A stretch of 64,000 nt of DNA from Malacoraja senta. Lineage: Eukaryota. Where the stretch lies: NCBI GenBank assembly GCA_038087875.1, contig JAXLNO010000361.1, positions 1-64,000 of the forward strand, written 5' to 3'. The notes beneath the pieces were generated by a model, which saw only the letters and a program-made list of their open reading frames with translations, ran no database searches and was not told the origin of the DNA. Positions 38,199 to 51,175 of the stretch are shown piece after piece. Each line of letters begins with the position of its first letter. The first letter of the stretch is position 1. The position numbers were made by a program, and so were the translations under genes.

Positions 38199-38831
38199 GC
38201 AAAACAGAAATGTAATTCATTTATTCTGAGCAGCTCTTTCACATTCTGCCTCAGATGTACAATCCGTCAGAAGCGCCACCGAGATGCTGTGGATTGGGCA
38301 GATATCCATCTGTCCTCCAGCAATTTATTGTAATCGTATAATAAATCACAATAAATAGAAGGAAACAAATAAGTAAGAATAATGGCTGTTGCAAAGGTCA
38401 ACAAATTCAACACGGAGTTACCTGCTCGGAAAGAATAACGAAAGGCCAATGCAGGCCTTACACTCATGCTCCACCAGTCAAATGCTTTTCTGTATTCATG
38501 GGATAAATATCATCTTCTGACCACTGGGATTGTTGCATTTACCAGGGTTTTGAAACTGCATTGGGAAGAATGATCCTTTTTTCTGTATGTCGAATCAACC
38601 AACGGTGGAAAAACAGTAATAACATGTATTTTAAGATTCATTTTTGGGATGTGGCTTCATGAGGAAAGATTGCATTTATTAAACTCTCCTTGCTTTCCTT
38701 GAGTAGGTGTTGCTGGGCAAGCGAGAAGCCAAAGTGAACTGCAATGGAGCGTCATTTAGAGAGCGCACACCACAGCAAACAGTCTACATGAAGTTTGTTC
38801 ACAGAATTTGACAGTCACCAATGATACTAAT

Positions 38832-38935
38832 AAGTCTGAAGAATGGTCTTGACCGGAAACATCACCCATTCTTTCTCTCCGCTGCCTGTCCCGCTGAATT
38901 ACTCCAGCATTTTGTGCCTGCAGTTCCTTCCTATG
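38832..38935 (+). mobile_element. Penelope-like short element with hammerhead core and TSD
   Basis: gt-ctgaaga-a-tggtcttgaccg-gaaac-atc-ac at 38834-38865; TSD caatgatactaat (38819-38831) / caataatactaat (38936-38948). Confidence 0.75.
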
Positions 38936-39039
38936 CAATAATACTAATGTTTATTGGCTATTAAGAAGGCAGTGGTGAACTGCCCTTATGATCCACAGCA
39001 ATGCATATTGCACCTGCACTAACTAAAAGGGAGATGTAA

Positions 39040-39380
39040 ACACAAGGAATTGCAGATGCTGATTTACAGAAAAAGACACAAAGTGCTGGAGTAACTCAGC
39101 AGCTCAGTTGTCTGACAGATCAACAGCTACAGTATCTGGAGTATATGGATAGCTGATATTCCAAGTTGGGACTCTCCGTCAGACTGATTGTAAGGGGGGG
39201 GAGAATGCTGAAAGAGAGGAAGGGCAGGATAAAGCCTGGCAGGTAATGGTTTGAAACAGATGAGGGGGGGGGGGGTTCATTGGCAGATGGTGGAGCAAGG
39301 CAAGAGATTAAAAGACAGATGACAGAAGGTGTAATGCAAAAGGATTGTAGAGTTTCAAATAGTGAAGTTAGAGGGAGTAG
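39040..39380 (-). mobile_element. Penelope-like terminal fragment
   Basis: tgcagatgctg...aaagtgctggagtaactcagc motif followed by a purine-rich pLTR-like stretch. Confidence 0.6.
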
Positions 39381-40346
39381 CAAGATTTTGACGCAGCGAC
39401 AACAAAAGAACTGAAAATGTTCGCAAGAGGCTGGTATATTGCCCTCTGTTTGTTGTTCGATTGAATAGAAAATGTATTTACTACTAGCTATATGTTAACA
39501 GAGCCAGTAAGAGTGGAACTTTATATTTGTTTTTTTAAATGTATCTCCCTGCAATGGTATTCCCATTTTTAATCGAGCATTTATCTCTTATTTGTTTGGG
39601 ATTCCTCTCAAAATAGGTATAATAACTGGGAACTCCTATCACGTTCACCAATTCCCCACACATGCAAAAGCAAGTCCTCAAATGGGAGTAAATTGATATA
39701 AATTGTCATTCCTCCTTTAGATTCATTATTGTGCGGCTATATAATGTATTGTAAGAGATAAAGATAGATGTGTACAGTGTTGTGATTGTGCAGATTGTAG
39801 GAATCTCAGTCCATAAAGGTTGTTTAGATTTGTTGCACAACATTAAGATACAAGATACAAGATACATTTATTTGTCACATGTACCAATTGGTACAGTGAA
39901 ACGTTACTCATTTCCAATTCACTCATTTAGGAGATACAGTATATGTGTACATTGAACACTTGCAAGTGTTTGGAACTTCTCAGAATGTGAATCAACTTTA
40001 TTATATAAAGGGAATTCCATGGATAGTCACACCTGACATTTTGCAATTTATTTGAATATTACAGGAAGTTAATGAATTCCTGACTAGATATGCCATATGT
40101 TGCTTTAATTTAATTCGGCAATATATATTTTAATGCAAATATAGGAAGGAGATTAAATGCTAATTTATCTCCACTTTATATAATTACTAACTCATTGTCA
40201 ATTGATTGCACAGTCCTTGAGTGCAAGAACTACACTGACACAATTAGCACAGGGCTGTGACATAATCTAAGTGACTGCAAAGTCATTAACACTCTTTATT
40301 TGCAAGTAGTACAGGTAAAGATTGCACATTGGTACAATTCAAATGT

Positions 40347-41182
40347 TGGTGCTGGAACACCGGTCTAGTTAAATGTAGCTGTCGTGTTTTTTATACTGTT
40401 TTTAACTGCGTATATGTGGGGGGCGGGGGGGGGAGGTGGAAACTTTTAAAATCTCTTCCCTGCACGGGAGACCCTACCTCTTCCCTGTCGGGTCTCCGTT
40501 GTCGTTGGGGCCCAGAACCGTGGAGCGACCTCCAACCGTAACGCCCTGGGGGCTCCAGTCGCGGAGCCTGCGGAGCTGCGGACTTGCCATCGTGGGGCTG
40601 GCTGGCCTTGGAGCATGGGGAGCGGTGGTGGCTCGCTCGCTGCTGCAGCCTGATTCCGGGGCTCGGAGGCTCCAGCTGCAGGCCTTTGGACTGTGATATC
40701 GGGAGCTCGCGGGTCCGGGTGGGAGACCGCTCTTCGGAGCTCCCGCAACGCAACTTCTCCAGCCCGTGTCATGGGGTTGGAACGACCCGGAGCGGGGCCA
40801 TACATCGCCTGGCACGGCTTTAATGGCCACGGGACATTCCAAGCCAGCCGGGGGCTCCAACTTTGTGCGATTTAGACCTGGAGCGCGGCCGTACATCGCC
40901 CGGCGCGGCCTTAAATGGCCGTGGGACTTAACATCGCCCGACTGGGGCTTCAACATCAGGAGAAAAATGGTGCACAGGGGGGAGAAAATACTTTGCCTTC
41001 CATCACAGTGAGTAGGAGATTCACTGTGATGGATGTTTGTGTGAATTGAATTGTTTGTGTGTCTTGTAGGAATTGTTTTGTTTGTATGGCTGTAGAAACG
41101 GAGTTTCGTTTGAGCCTCACTGAGGTTCAAATGATATGGAATAAACATTGAATTGAATATTGAATTGAATTGAATTGAATTG
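40347..41182 (+). mobile_element. Non-coding CpG-rich retroelement, family X copy 3
   Basis: AATAAA plus (TTGAA)n tail; possible TSD aaatgt (40341-40346 / 41183-41188); hairpins at 40464-40499 and 41000-41032. Confidence 0.78.
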
Positions 41183-41395
41183 AAATGTGCTGCTCTGCCA
41201 TATTTTTATTTAGCTCATCACTGAAGGCCACAGAATTATGTGAATTTGTTGTGATAGATACATCTATCTGCTGAATGAGTCAATTGGAAATGAGTAACAT
41301 CTTAACATTTGTAGATTCACCGTAGAAAGTTACATTTTGAACACTTCATTCTTGCATGGAAGTCAAGGATCCATTTGAAAAGGTACCTACAGGGG

Positions 41396-41573
41396 TAGGA
41401 AAGAACTGCAGATGCTGGTTTAAATCGAAGGTAGACACAAAATGCTAAAATAACTCAGTAGGACAGGCAGCATCTCTGGAGAAAAGACTCTGAAGAAGGG
41501 TCTCGACCCGAAACATTACCCACAGAGATGCTGCCTGTCCTGCTGAGTTACTCCAGCATTTTGTCTACCTTCG
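41396..41573 (+). mobile_element. Fold-back Penelope-derived mini-element with hammerhead core in the loop
   Basis: Inverted arms 41426-41478 / 41523-41573; core ctgaaga-a-gggtctcgaccc-gaaac at 41490-41514; TSD gta(c/g)ctacagggg at 41383-41395 / 41574-41586. Confidence 0.8.
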
Positions 41574-41719
41574 GTAGCTACAGGGGACCAGGTCATATTG
41601 TCATGCAGCGTGGAAACAGGCCCTTTGGCCTAATTTGCCCACAGCAACCAACATAGAAACATAGAAAGTAGGTGCAGGAGGAGGCCATTCGGCCCTTCGA
41701 GCCAGCACCGCCATTCATT

Positions 41720-44530
41720 GTGATCATGACTGATCGTCCCATATCAATAACCCGTGTCTGCCTTCTCCCCATATCCCTTCACTAGCCTAGAGCTCTATCT
41801 AACTCTCTCTTAAATCCATCCAGTGACTTGTCCTCCACTGCCCTCTGTGGCAGGGAATTCCATAAATTCACAACTCTCTGGGTGAAAAAGTTTTTTCTCA
41901 CCTCAGTCTTAAATGACCTCCCCTTTATTCTAAGACTGTGGCCCCTGGTTCTGGACTCGCCCAACATAGGGAACATTTTTCCTGCATCTAGCTTGTCCAG
42001 TCCTTTTATAATTTTATATATTTCTATAAGATCCCCCTCATCCTTCTAAACTCCAGTGAATACAAGCCTAGTCTTTTTAATCTTTCCTCATATGACAGTC
42101 CCGCATTCCCAGGGATCAATCACGTGAACCTACGCTGCACTGCCTCAATCACAAGGATGTCTTTCCTCAAATTAGGAGACCAAAACTGTACACAATACTC
42201 CAGATGTGGTCTCACCAGAGCCCTATACAACTGCAAAAGAACCTCTTTACTCCTATACTGAAATCCTCTTGTTATGAAGGCCAACATACCATTAGCTTTC
42301 TTCATTGCCTGCTGTACCTGTAAGCCAACTTTAAGTGACCGGTGTACAAGGACGCCCAGGTCTCGCTGCACCTCCCCCTTACCTAACCCAACCCCATTGA
42401 GATAATAATCTGCCCCCTTGTTTTTGCTGCCAAAGTGGATAACCTCACATTTATCTATATTATACTGCATCTGCCATGCACCTGCCCACTCACTCAACCT
42501 GTCCAGGTCACCCTGCAACCTCCTAACATCCTCTTCACAGATCATACTGCCACCCAGCTTTGTGTCATCTGCAAACTTGCTAGTGTTGCTCCTAATGCCC
42601 TCTTCCAAATCATTAATATATATGGTAAACAGTTGTGGCCCCAACACCGAGCCTTGCGGCACTCCACTCGCCACTGCCTGCCATTCTGAAAAGGACCCGT
42701 TCGCTCCTACTCTTTGCTTCCGGTCTGCCAACCAATTTTCTATCCATGTCAACACCCTGCCCCCAATACCATGTGCTCTAATTTTAGTCACCAGTCTCCC
42801 ATGCGGGACCTTATCAAAGGCTTTCTGAAAGTCTAGATATACTACATCAACTTGCACCCCTTCATCCATTTTACTTGTCACATCCTCAAAAAATTCCAGA
42901 AGATTAGTCAAGCATGATTTCCCTTTCATAAATCCATGTTGACTCAGACTAATCCTTTTCCTGCTATCCAAATGCCCTATTATTACCTCTTTAATAATTG
43001 ACTCCAGCATCTTTCCCACCACCGAAGTCAGGCTAGCTGGTCTGTAATTCCCCGTTTTCTCTCTCGCTCCTTTCTTGAAAAGTGGGATAACATTAGCTAT
43101 CCTCCAATCCGCAGGAACTGATCCTGAATCTATTGAACATTGGAAAATGATCACCATGGAGTCAAATGAGTCCACTATTTCTAGAGCCACCTCCCTGAGG
43201 ACCCTGGGATGCAGACCATCAGGCCCAGGGCATTTATCATCCTTCAGTCCCATTAGCCTACCCAATACTATTTCTCACCTAATGAAAATTTCTTTCAGTT
43301 CCTCTACCGCCTTAGATCCTCTGTCCTACAGTACATCTGGGAGATTGTTTGTGTCTTCCTTGGTGAAGACAGATCCAAAGTACCTATTCAACTCTTCTGC
43401 CATTTCTTTGTTGCCCATAATAATTTCACCCGTGTCTGCCTTCAAGGGATCCACATTTGACTTTGCTACTCTTTTTCCCTTAACATATCTAAAGAAGCTT
43501 TTACTGTCCTTTATATTCCTTCCCAGCTTCCATTCGTACTTCATCTTTTCAGCCCATATTGCCCGTTTTGTTTCCTTCTGTTGTCCTATGAACGTTTCCC
43601 AATCCTCTGGCTTCCAGCTACTCTTTGCTGTGTTATACATCTTTTCTTTTGGTTTTATTCTATCCTTAACTTCTCTTGTCAGCCACGGTTGCCTCCTACT
43701 CCCCTTATAATCTTTCTTCCTTTTTGGAATTAAATGATCCTGTGTCTTCCGGATTATGCCCAGAAATTCCTGCCAATGCTGTTCCACCACCATTCCTGCT
43801 AGGATCCCTTTCCAGTCTACCTTGGCCAACTCCCCTCTCATGCCTTCATAGTCCCCTTTGCTCAACTGCATCACTGGCACTTCCGATTTAACCTTCTCCT
43901 TCTCAAATTGCAGATTAAAACTAATCATATTATGATCACTACCTCCAAGCGATTCCTTTACCTCGAGTTCTATTATCATATCTGGTTCATTGGACAACAC
44001 TAAATCCAGAATTGCCTTTTCTCTGGTCGGCTCCATTACAAGCTGCTCTAAGAATCCATCTCGGAGGCATTCTACAAACTCTCTTTCTTGGGGTCCTGAA
44101 CCAACCTAATTTTCCCAGTCTACCTGCATATTGACATCCCCCATCACCATAGTGGCATTACCTTTGTTACATGCCAGTTTTAACTCCTGCTGCAACTTAC
44201 ACCCTACATCCGGGCTACTATTTGGGGGTCTGTAGATAACACCAATTAGTGTCTTCTTGCCTTTACAATTCCTCAACTCAATCCACAGTGACTCTACCTC
44301 GTCAGTCCCTATGTCTTCCCTCGCAAGGGACTGAATTCCATCCCTCACCAGCAGAGCTACCCCCCTCCTCTGCCCACCTGCCTGTCCTTTCTATAGGATG
44401 TATAACCCTGAATATTGTTCCCAGGCCCGATCCTCCTGCAGCCACGTCTCAGTAATCCCCACAATGTCATATCTACCAACATCTAACTGAGCCTCAAGCT
44501 CATCTACATTACTTCTTATACTTCGCGCAT
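41720..44530 (-). pseudogene. CR1 ORF2 (endonuclease + RT), several frameshifts
   Basis: YMNARS, GITETW, IYRPP, GSDH, PGPDGLHPRVL, GVPQGSVLGP, FADD. Confidence 0.93.
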
Positions 44531-44716
44531 TCATATACAATACTTTTAATTCCTTACGCATCTCACCTTTCACATCAATCCCTATTACACTTGGCCATAC
44601 TCTCCTATCCCTTTGTGAGCTTTTCCAGTTAATTCTGGGGTCATTAACTATCCCTTTACTCTCTTTCCCTTTAACTCCATCCTCGATTATCCCATTCGAC
44701 ACCCCACCCCCCTTAT

Positions 44717-45643
44717 TCAGTTTAAAACCACCCGTGTAGCGATGGCAAACCTGCCTGCCAGAATGCTGGTCCCCCACCTGTTAAGATGCAATCTGTCCCT
44801 TTTGTACAGTTCCCCCTTACTCCAAAACACATCCCAGTGATCTAAGAATCTAAATCACTGCCCCCTGCACCAGTTCCTCATCCTCACATTCAGGTCCCGT
44901 ATCTCCCTGTTCCTGCTCTCGCCAGCACAAGGAACTGGAAGCAGACCGGAGATAACCACCCTGGAGGTCCTGCTTTTCAGCATTTTTCCGAGCTCTCTAA
45001 AGTCACGCTGCAGAATATTCATCCCCTTCTTTCCGACATCATTTGTGCCAACATGCACTACCACTTCCGGCTGTTCACCTTCGCCCTTGAGGATTTTCTG
45101 CATTCTGTCCGTAACATCCTAGATCCTGGCACCAGGAAGGCAGCACACCATCCTTGAATCCCGTCTATTGCCGCAGAAACCCCTGTCCGTACCTCTCACA
45201 ATGGAGTCTCCAACTACAATGGCGTTGCCTGACGTTGGCCTCTTTGGTTTTGGCTCAACAGCCCTTTTTGCTTCGCAAGCCAGTCCGCCGCTCAGTGCGT
45301 TAATGTCTTCTGTCCCGACAGTTTCTAAGTGGGTGAACCTGTTCACAAGAGGTACAACACCCGGGGATGTTTGCATTCCATGTTTCCCTCCCTTTCTCAC
45401 TGTCACCCACCTTCTCTCTTCCACTACCTTAGGTGTAACAATCTTACTGTAGGACTTGTCAAGGAACGATTCAGTTTCTCGGACGAACCTGAGGTCATCC
45501 ACTTGCTTCTCCAGTTCCCCAACACGGTCCTTCAGGAGCTGTCCCTGGATGCACTTCTCACATTTGTAGCTGCCAGAGGCACCAGCAGTGTCCTTGACCT
45601 CCCACATACTGCAAGCATCACACTGAATCAGCTTGTTTGACAT
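44717..45643 (-). pseudogene. CR1 ORF1: zinc-finger/leucine-zipper + SGNH esterase, with stop and frameshift
   Basis: CxxC...CxxC, coiled coil, VGDSIVR, HVGTND, DRLHLN. Confidence 0.9.
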
Positions 45644-46269
45644 CTCCTTCTTTCATCTCACCCTCTCCAGCATTTTGCGTAGCCTCCTCTCCTCAGCCTC
45701 CTCACTGAAGACTCTCGAGCCAAAGACTCACACTTCCCTCACAACGCCGCTCCCTCACAGCCGCTCCCTAGGAGCCGTCTTGCTTATATTGACTGATAAA
45801 TTGCCTAATTTACCAATTTACAAACTAAATTCCTCAGATTTTAACTGTTTTCCCCCTCTGACTCACTTCTAACTCTCCTCCCACTCGGGCTAGAGCCAAT
45901 CAGTTCTTTTTCCTGCTTCTCTTTGTTCCTGTTTCTTCAAAATCCACAGGAGCTCTCTGTTAACATGTCCCATTTACACTAGTCCCACCTGCCCATATCC
46001 CCCTAAACCTATCCTATCCATGTACCTCTCTAAATGTTTCTTAAATGTTACAATAGTACCTGCCTCAACTACCTCCTCTGGCAGCTCGTTCCATACACTC
46101 ACCACCTTTTGTATAAAAAAGTTACCCAATGATTCAATGATATCTTATTGTCACATGTACCTAGGTACAGTGAACTGCTATGTTTGTATACAACCCGATA
46201 AAATCATGTAGCAGACCTCATGCAAGCAGTATGCAAGTGTCGCCACATTTTGGTGCCGCCAAAGTTAAA

Positions 46270-47070
46270 AATGTCCACCAGATCCCTCAGGTTCGTATTA
46301 AATGTCTTGGAGTTTGGTGATGTTTAAAAGGGATAATTGTGTTGAGTGCCAAACTGTGTTTGTTGAACAGCAGTCTGACCTAAGTGTTCCTGTTATACAG
46401 GTGGTCCAGGGTAGAGTGGAGAGCGTGTGACATAGCAGCTGCTGTTGACTCTCTGTGACGACATGCACATTGAAGTGAATCCAGGTCATTTCAGAAGCAA
46501 GAGCTGATTTGTGTCAAAACCAACCTCTCAAAATATTTAATTACAGTGGATGTAAATGCTACCAGAAGATAGTCACTGAGGCAGGTCACAATGATCTTGT
46601 TGGGTACCAATACAATATATGTCCATTTGTAGCAGGTGGGGACATCTGGCAGCAAAGCAAGATGTTGAAGATGTCCCTGCAATATTCCACCCAGTAGGTC
46701 CACAGAGCTTCCTTCAGCAAGTGTGCCATCTGGGCTGGACACTTTGCATGGATTCACCCTCTTATAGGATGCTTTGATGTCAGCCTCAGAGACTGAAATC
46801 ATAGGGCTGTACCTTCCAAAAAGGCACTTAGCAAATCTGAAAGTGATGCGTCATTGCCACTTACAGTATGCTACTGGTTTTGCTTTGCAGCAAACATCCA
46901 TCTGTGACTCCAGCTTAATCCAGAATTGTCTCCTTGTATTCACGATAGCCTTCAGGAGGGTGTACTTGGACTTCTTGCGTGTCTTTGGAGAGTCAGTCCT
47001 AAGGGCCTCCAGCTGATTACAAAACTCCTCATTCATCCGGGGCATCTGGTTGAGGAAGGCTTTTCTTTAT
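46270..47070 (-). mobile_element. Old Rex1-like LINE fragment
   Basis: KRVNPCKVSSPDG, VPTCYK, CLSDY..VAFTS.VIKYFERLV. Confidence 0.75.
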
Positions 47071-48299
47071 TAAGTTGGTGACAACTGTGACATATTTATT
47101 CAGTTTCCCTAATAAATTCTTAAACGTGAACCAATCTACCTCTCTCCTGTCCAGGAAGCTTCAGCCTCTCCACACCGAACACTCCTAGGCACACTCCTTG
47201 CTGTGGCAGTACCTGCACAGAGAAGGAATTTGCACCTGGTTCGATCCTCCAGTAATCTCAGGTGCTGTCTGTGCTCTCTGTGCTCTCTGTGTTGAGATTG
47301 CACATTGTCCGTGTGATCATGGAGGTAAAGGGGCATGAGAAACACAATCTCCAGGTCCAGGTTTAAGAACAGCTTCTTCTCATCAATCATCAAGCTCTTC
47401 AACTACACTGCCACAACCGTCAGCAATGATTTATTACAGACTTGGTTTAAGTTGCACTACGTAATTCAGTTTGCACTAGTCCTGGTCACCTAGTATTACC
47501 GATAATGTATTGAGTTATGGTAAATTTATTTGTTGCATTGTATTAATATGCCTGTAAAGCCGCGGCAAGTAAGACATTTTTGTTCCGTACCCGATGCATA
47601 TGGCAATTACGTACTCTTCACTCTTGAATTTCCTCAGGAAGTTTCAGTTTCCTCCTACATCTCAAGGATGTGTGGGTTGGTAGTTTAATTGGCCATTGTA
47701 AATTGCACCTCATGTGCAAATGAGTGGCAAAATGTAAGGGGAAGTTGATGGGAATGTGACCAGTTCATTTTAATAATAGAAAGAAAAGATTTTATAAAAT
47801 ATTTCACAATTTTCATAATTCAATACTGCACATATTGGCTAGTGACATGTTTCATCTTGATTAAGTGTCAGAGGCACTGGCTTGAAAAATCACTTTGCCA
47901 TTCTAGTAACTGGAGATATTTTTCACCATCTAACAGATGACATTGTCAGGACCTGCCAGTAGTTAAGACCAGATGCAAACTTTATATGCTCCATCTGTGA
48001 TATATCAAAACAGGGGTAAATGGTAAACAATGTCATGAAGACTGGAACTATGTTCATATTTCTTCATTATTACATTTGTCTTAATGTGACAGTAACCATC
48101 TTCTTTGATAAATTGATATAAATTAAATTTGAAAACAGTCATCTATTTACTCTGTAGATCCTTCTGTTCTCCATATTCCGATTTTCTCAATGCTAGGATT
48201 CAATTTCAACCAGTCAAATGCAATGAGTATCTGAGGGCAAAATTAAAAAAAAAATTCAAAAGGACCTCGGATTCAATAGTCAACGAAGTGACACTCAGA

Positions 48300-48750
48300 A
48301 CGTAGAACATAGTACAGCACATAATCAGGCCCTTCAGCCCACAACATTTGTGCTGCACATGATGCCAAACTAAACAAAGCTCATCTGCCTGCACATGATC
48401 CACACCCCTCCAGTCCCTGCACATCCCTGTGCCCATCTAAAAGCTTTGTCATTATCATATCTGCCTCCACCACCACCCCTGACAGCACTTTCCAAGCACT
48501 GTGTAAAAACTTGCCCCGCACGTCTCCTTTAAACATTGCCTCTTTCACCTTAAATTTAAGGTGAATTTAAACTTTGACATTTCAATCCTGGGATAAAGGT
48601 TTTGGCACTCTACTGCACCTATGCCTCTCATAATTTTATAGTCTTCTTTCAGTCGACCCTAACCCTCAACCTCCGACGTTCCAGCAAAAACAATCCTAGT
48701 TTATAAAACCTCTCGTTGCTAATACCCTCTGATTCATGCATCATTCTGGT
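48300..48750 (-). mobile_element. Old CR1 3' fragment
   Basis: aggcccttcagcccac 3' UTR; gcctccaccaccacccctgacagc. Confidence 0.65.
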
Positions 48751-49094
48751 TTAGTTTAGTTTAGTTTAGTTTATTATTGCCAGGTGTACTGAGGTACAGT
48801 GAAAAGCTTTCTGTCAATGGGAAATGGGAAGAACTTAGCTGTGGATGCCATACATAGCCGTTAGCCCCAGGTTTGTGGATGCAGTGTCACAAGACGTTTA
48901 CTAGCCTCACACCAGAAATTGAGGTTTAAGGCCTTTGGGTTGGCCACATCAATTATACTCTCCATAACCTTGAGAGCATACAACACTCTGTTGCCCAAGT
49001 TCCAATCTCGTTAAGTTCCATATTACATATCACTGCTGATTAATAATTAACGGCAGGTTTGAAATTCGTAACCTTTGTTGGAAATCACTGGTAT

Positions 49095-49372
49095 GCGGCA
49101 CAGTGGTAGAGTTGCTTCCTTACAGAGCTAGAGACCTGGGTTCAATCCTGACTATGGGTGCTGTCTGTGACCATGTGCATTTTCACCAGGTGCTCCTGTT
49201 TCCTCCCACATCCCAAAGACATGCATGTTTGTGGGTTAATTTGCTTCTGTAAATTGTCCCTAGTGTGTAGGATAGAACTAATGACGGGTGATCATTGGTC
49301 GGCGTGGATTCGGTGGACCGAAGGGCCTGTTTACATGCTGTATCTCTAAACTAAACTAAACTAAACTAAACT
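49095..49372 (+). mobile_element. HE1-like SINE
   Basis: ggttcaatcc B box; gaagggcctgttt; (CTAAA)n tail. Confidence 0.85.
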
Positions 49373-51175
49373 CCATAGTTCAACACAAGACCAAACAGGA
49401 AACCAATGTTCAATGTTAAGGATGAACATTAAAAAAGGAAACTCTTGCATATATGGTGCTTTTCAAGACCTCAACATGCCTTATCATGCCTTACAACCAA
49501 CAACTATATGACAATATCAATAAAGAAATGCATTGCCGTAATAGTGAAAAACAATTAAAATACCAGTTTTCCCTTCCTTAGCGATCAATTTTGCATAATA
49601 TTAATCCACATCATGCTAATTCTCGCAACCCAGCAGCAGACAATGGAATATTTGATGTACATATCGAACAATTATCCATTAATATTGCCAGATATAAATG
49701 GAAATTGATTCTTTTGTGTACTTGATCTTTTTAGTGAATCAAAGATAATTTCCTCAAACACATCTGTAAGAAGATCCTAAGGTTTCTTTGTATTTTTTTT
49801 CCATCATCATTTAGGAATTAAATAACCAGGAAGAATAATCAATGGGTTTCCACCACCTGGTGTATGTAGAGATCTTGAAAAACATAGTAGTCATTTTATA
49901 TCATTAAATACTGACTTGTTCTGTATCAGTGCTTCGTTCATGAATTGAGCTTTTGTTCCTTTCTCTCTGGGAAAAATATAATCTGTTTTCTTTTGCCAGG
50001 GTTTGGCTGATCCCATTTTAGTGTTTGCTTTCCTGTTCAGTTATTTAATCTCATGTGATGATGTTCAGAGAACAAAATAATTATTTTATTTTATTATTAT
50101 CTCTGCTCCACTCTAAATATTTCCATCTGCTATTCTTTTCACCTTAGGTTTTTAGATAATTATCTTCCTATCTCTGTGACTCTTCAATTGGTATTTGCTG
50201 TGTCTCTCTTCTGTGCCTCTCAAATACTTTCTGTAACGTTGTTTCACTTTCCTCTATTGCTTGCTCAATACCATTCAATACACTTTGATCAATGTTTCAG
50301 AGGGAATAAATGTACCCATATTTATATATTCTCCAAATCTCAGGTTAATGTTTTGAAGATAAGGTGAGTAACTGGCCTTAAATAATGGATCGTATTAGAT
50401 TAAAAATCCATTGCAGTCACACTAATTATTTCATATTCATAAATAACACAGGACTCAAATTTCACAAGGTTTCTAATAATCATCCCCCAAAACATCCAGG
50501 AGGTCCAGCAGAAATGTTATTGAATTCTATCACTATGGGTTTTCTTGTTTAAAGTATTATTTTAGATAATCAGTTATTTCTGAATTATTGCCTTTTCCAA
50601 CATAATGAATAATAGCAAATGTACTTTCTCTCATTATTAAATGATGTTATTCGTTCATTACAGTCCATATCTGGGTCATGTAAATTTATTGTGCACAGCA
50701 ATTAGAAAACGGTTTCAAAATTATTATTGTCAATAATTTAATATGTTGTTGCTTTATAATCCCTAGAATACAGTGGTTTTAAATTTTCAGAGGTTTGCCT
50801 GATCTTACTGTAACTTTAATATGGGAACTCCCAGAAAAATTGCAAAGACAGTTGCCATTCATGATTATTTGTTCCTTTTCAAGTAATGCAATTTATCTTC
50901 TGTTTAAATTACAGTCTGAAGAATCGCTGTAGTAATTCATAGTTGGTAATCTTTAACTTCTCAGCTCCTCCTGCATCTAATCATACTATCTCATAATTGT
51001 TAGATGGTTCTTTTTGGAATAGAAAAGATGTCCCATTTGGCAATGACATAGAAACAGGTGAGAGTGCTTGAAGCACCATTGAGCAAGAATAATAAATAAT
51101 TCTGATGTGTGGAAATATGACAAGACAGAAATTTCTCTTTCCTTTTCATATCTCCTCCAGCCATAAATATCACAA

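Larger units (their letters stand above)
41651..45900 (-). mobile_element. Near full-length CR1 LINE
   Basis: 5' UTR, ORF1, ORF2 and (CTATGTTT)n tail; splits an older CR1 3' end (41605-41654 / 45962-46130). Confidence 0.95.

Noticed and set aside
40391..41148. Overlapping Pro/Arg-rich ORFs up to 224 aa
   Set aside because: GC-rich sequence open in many frames, with no domain motifs and no conservation among the three family X copies.
42418..43710. Long plus-strand ORFs (136 and 211 aa)
   Set aside because: Antisense shadows of CR1 ORF2 with no independent evidence.
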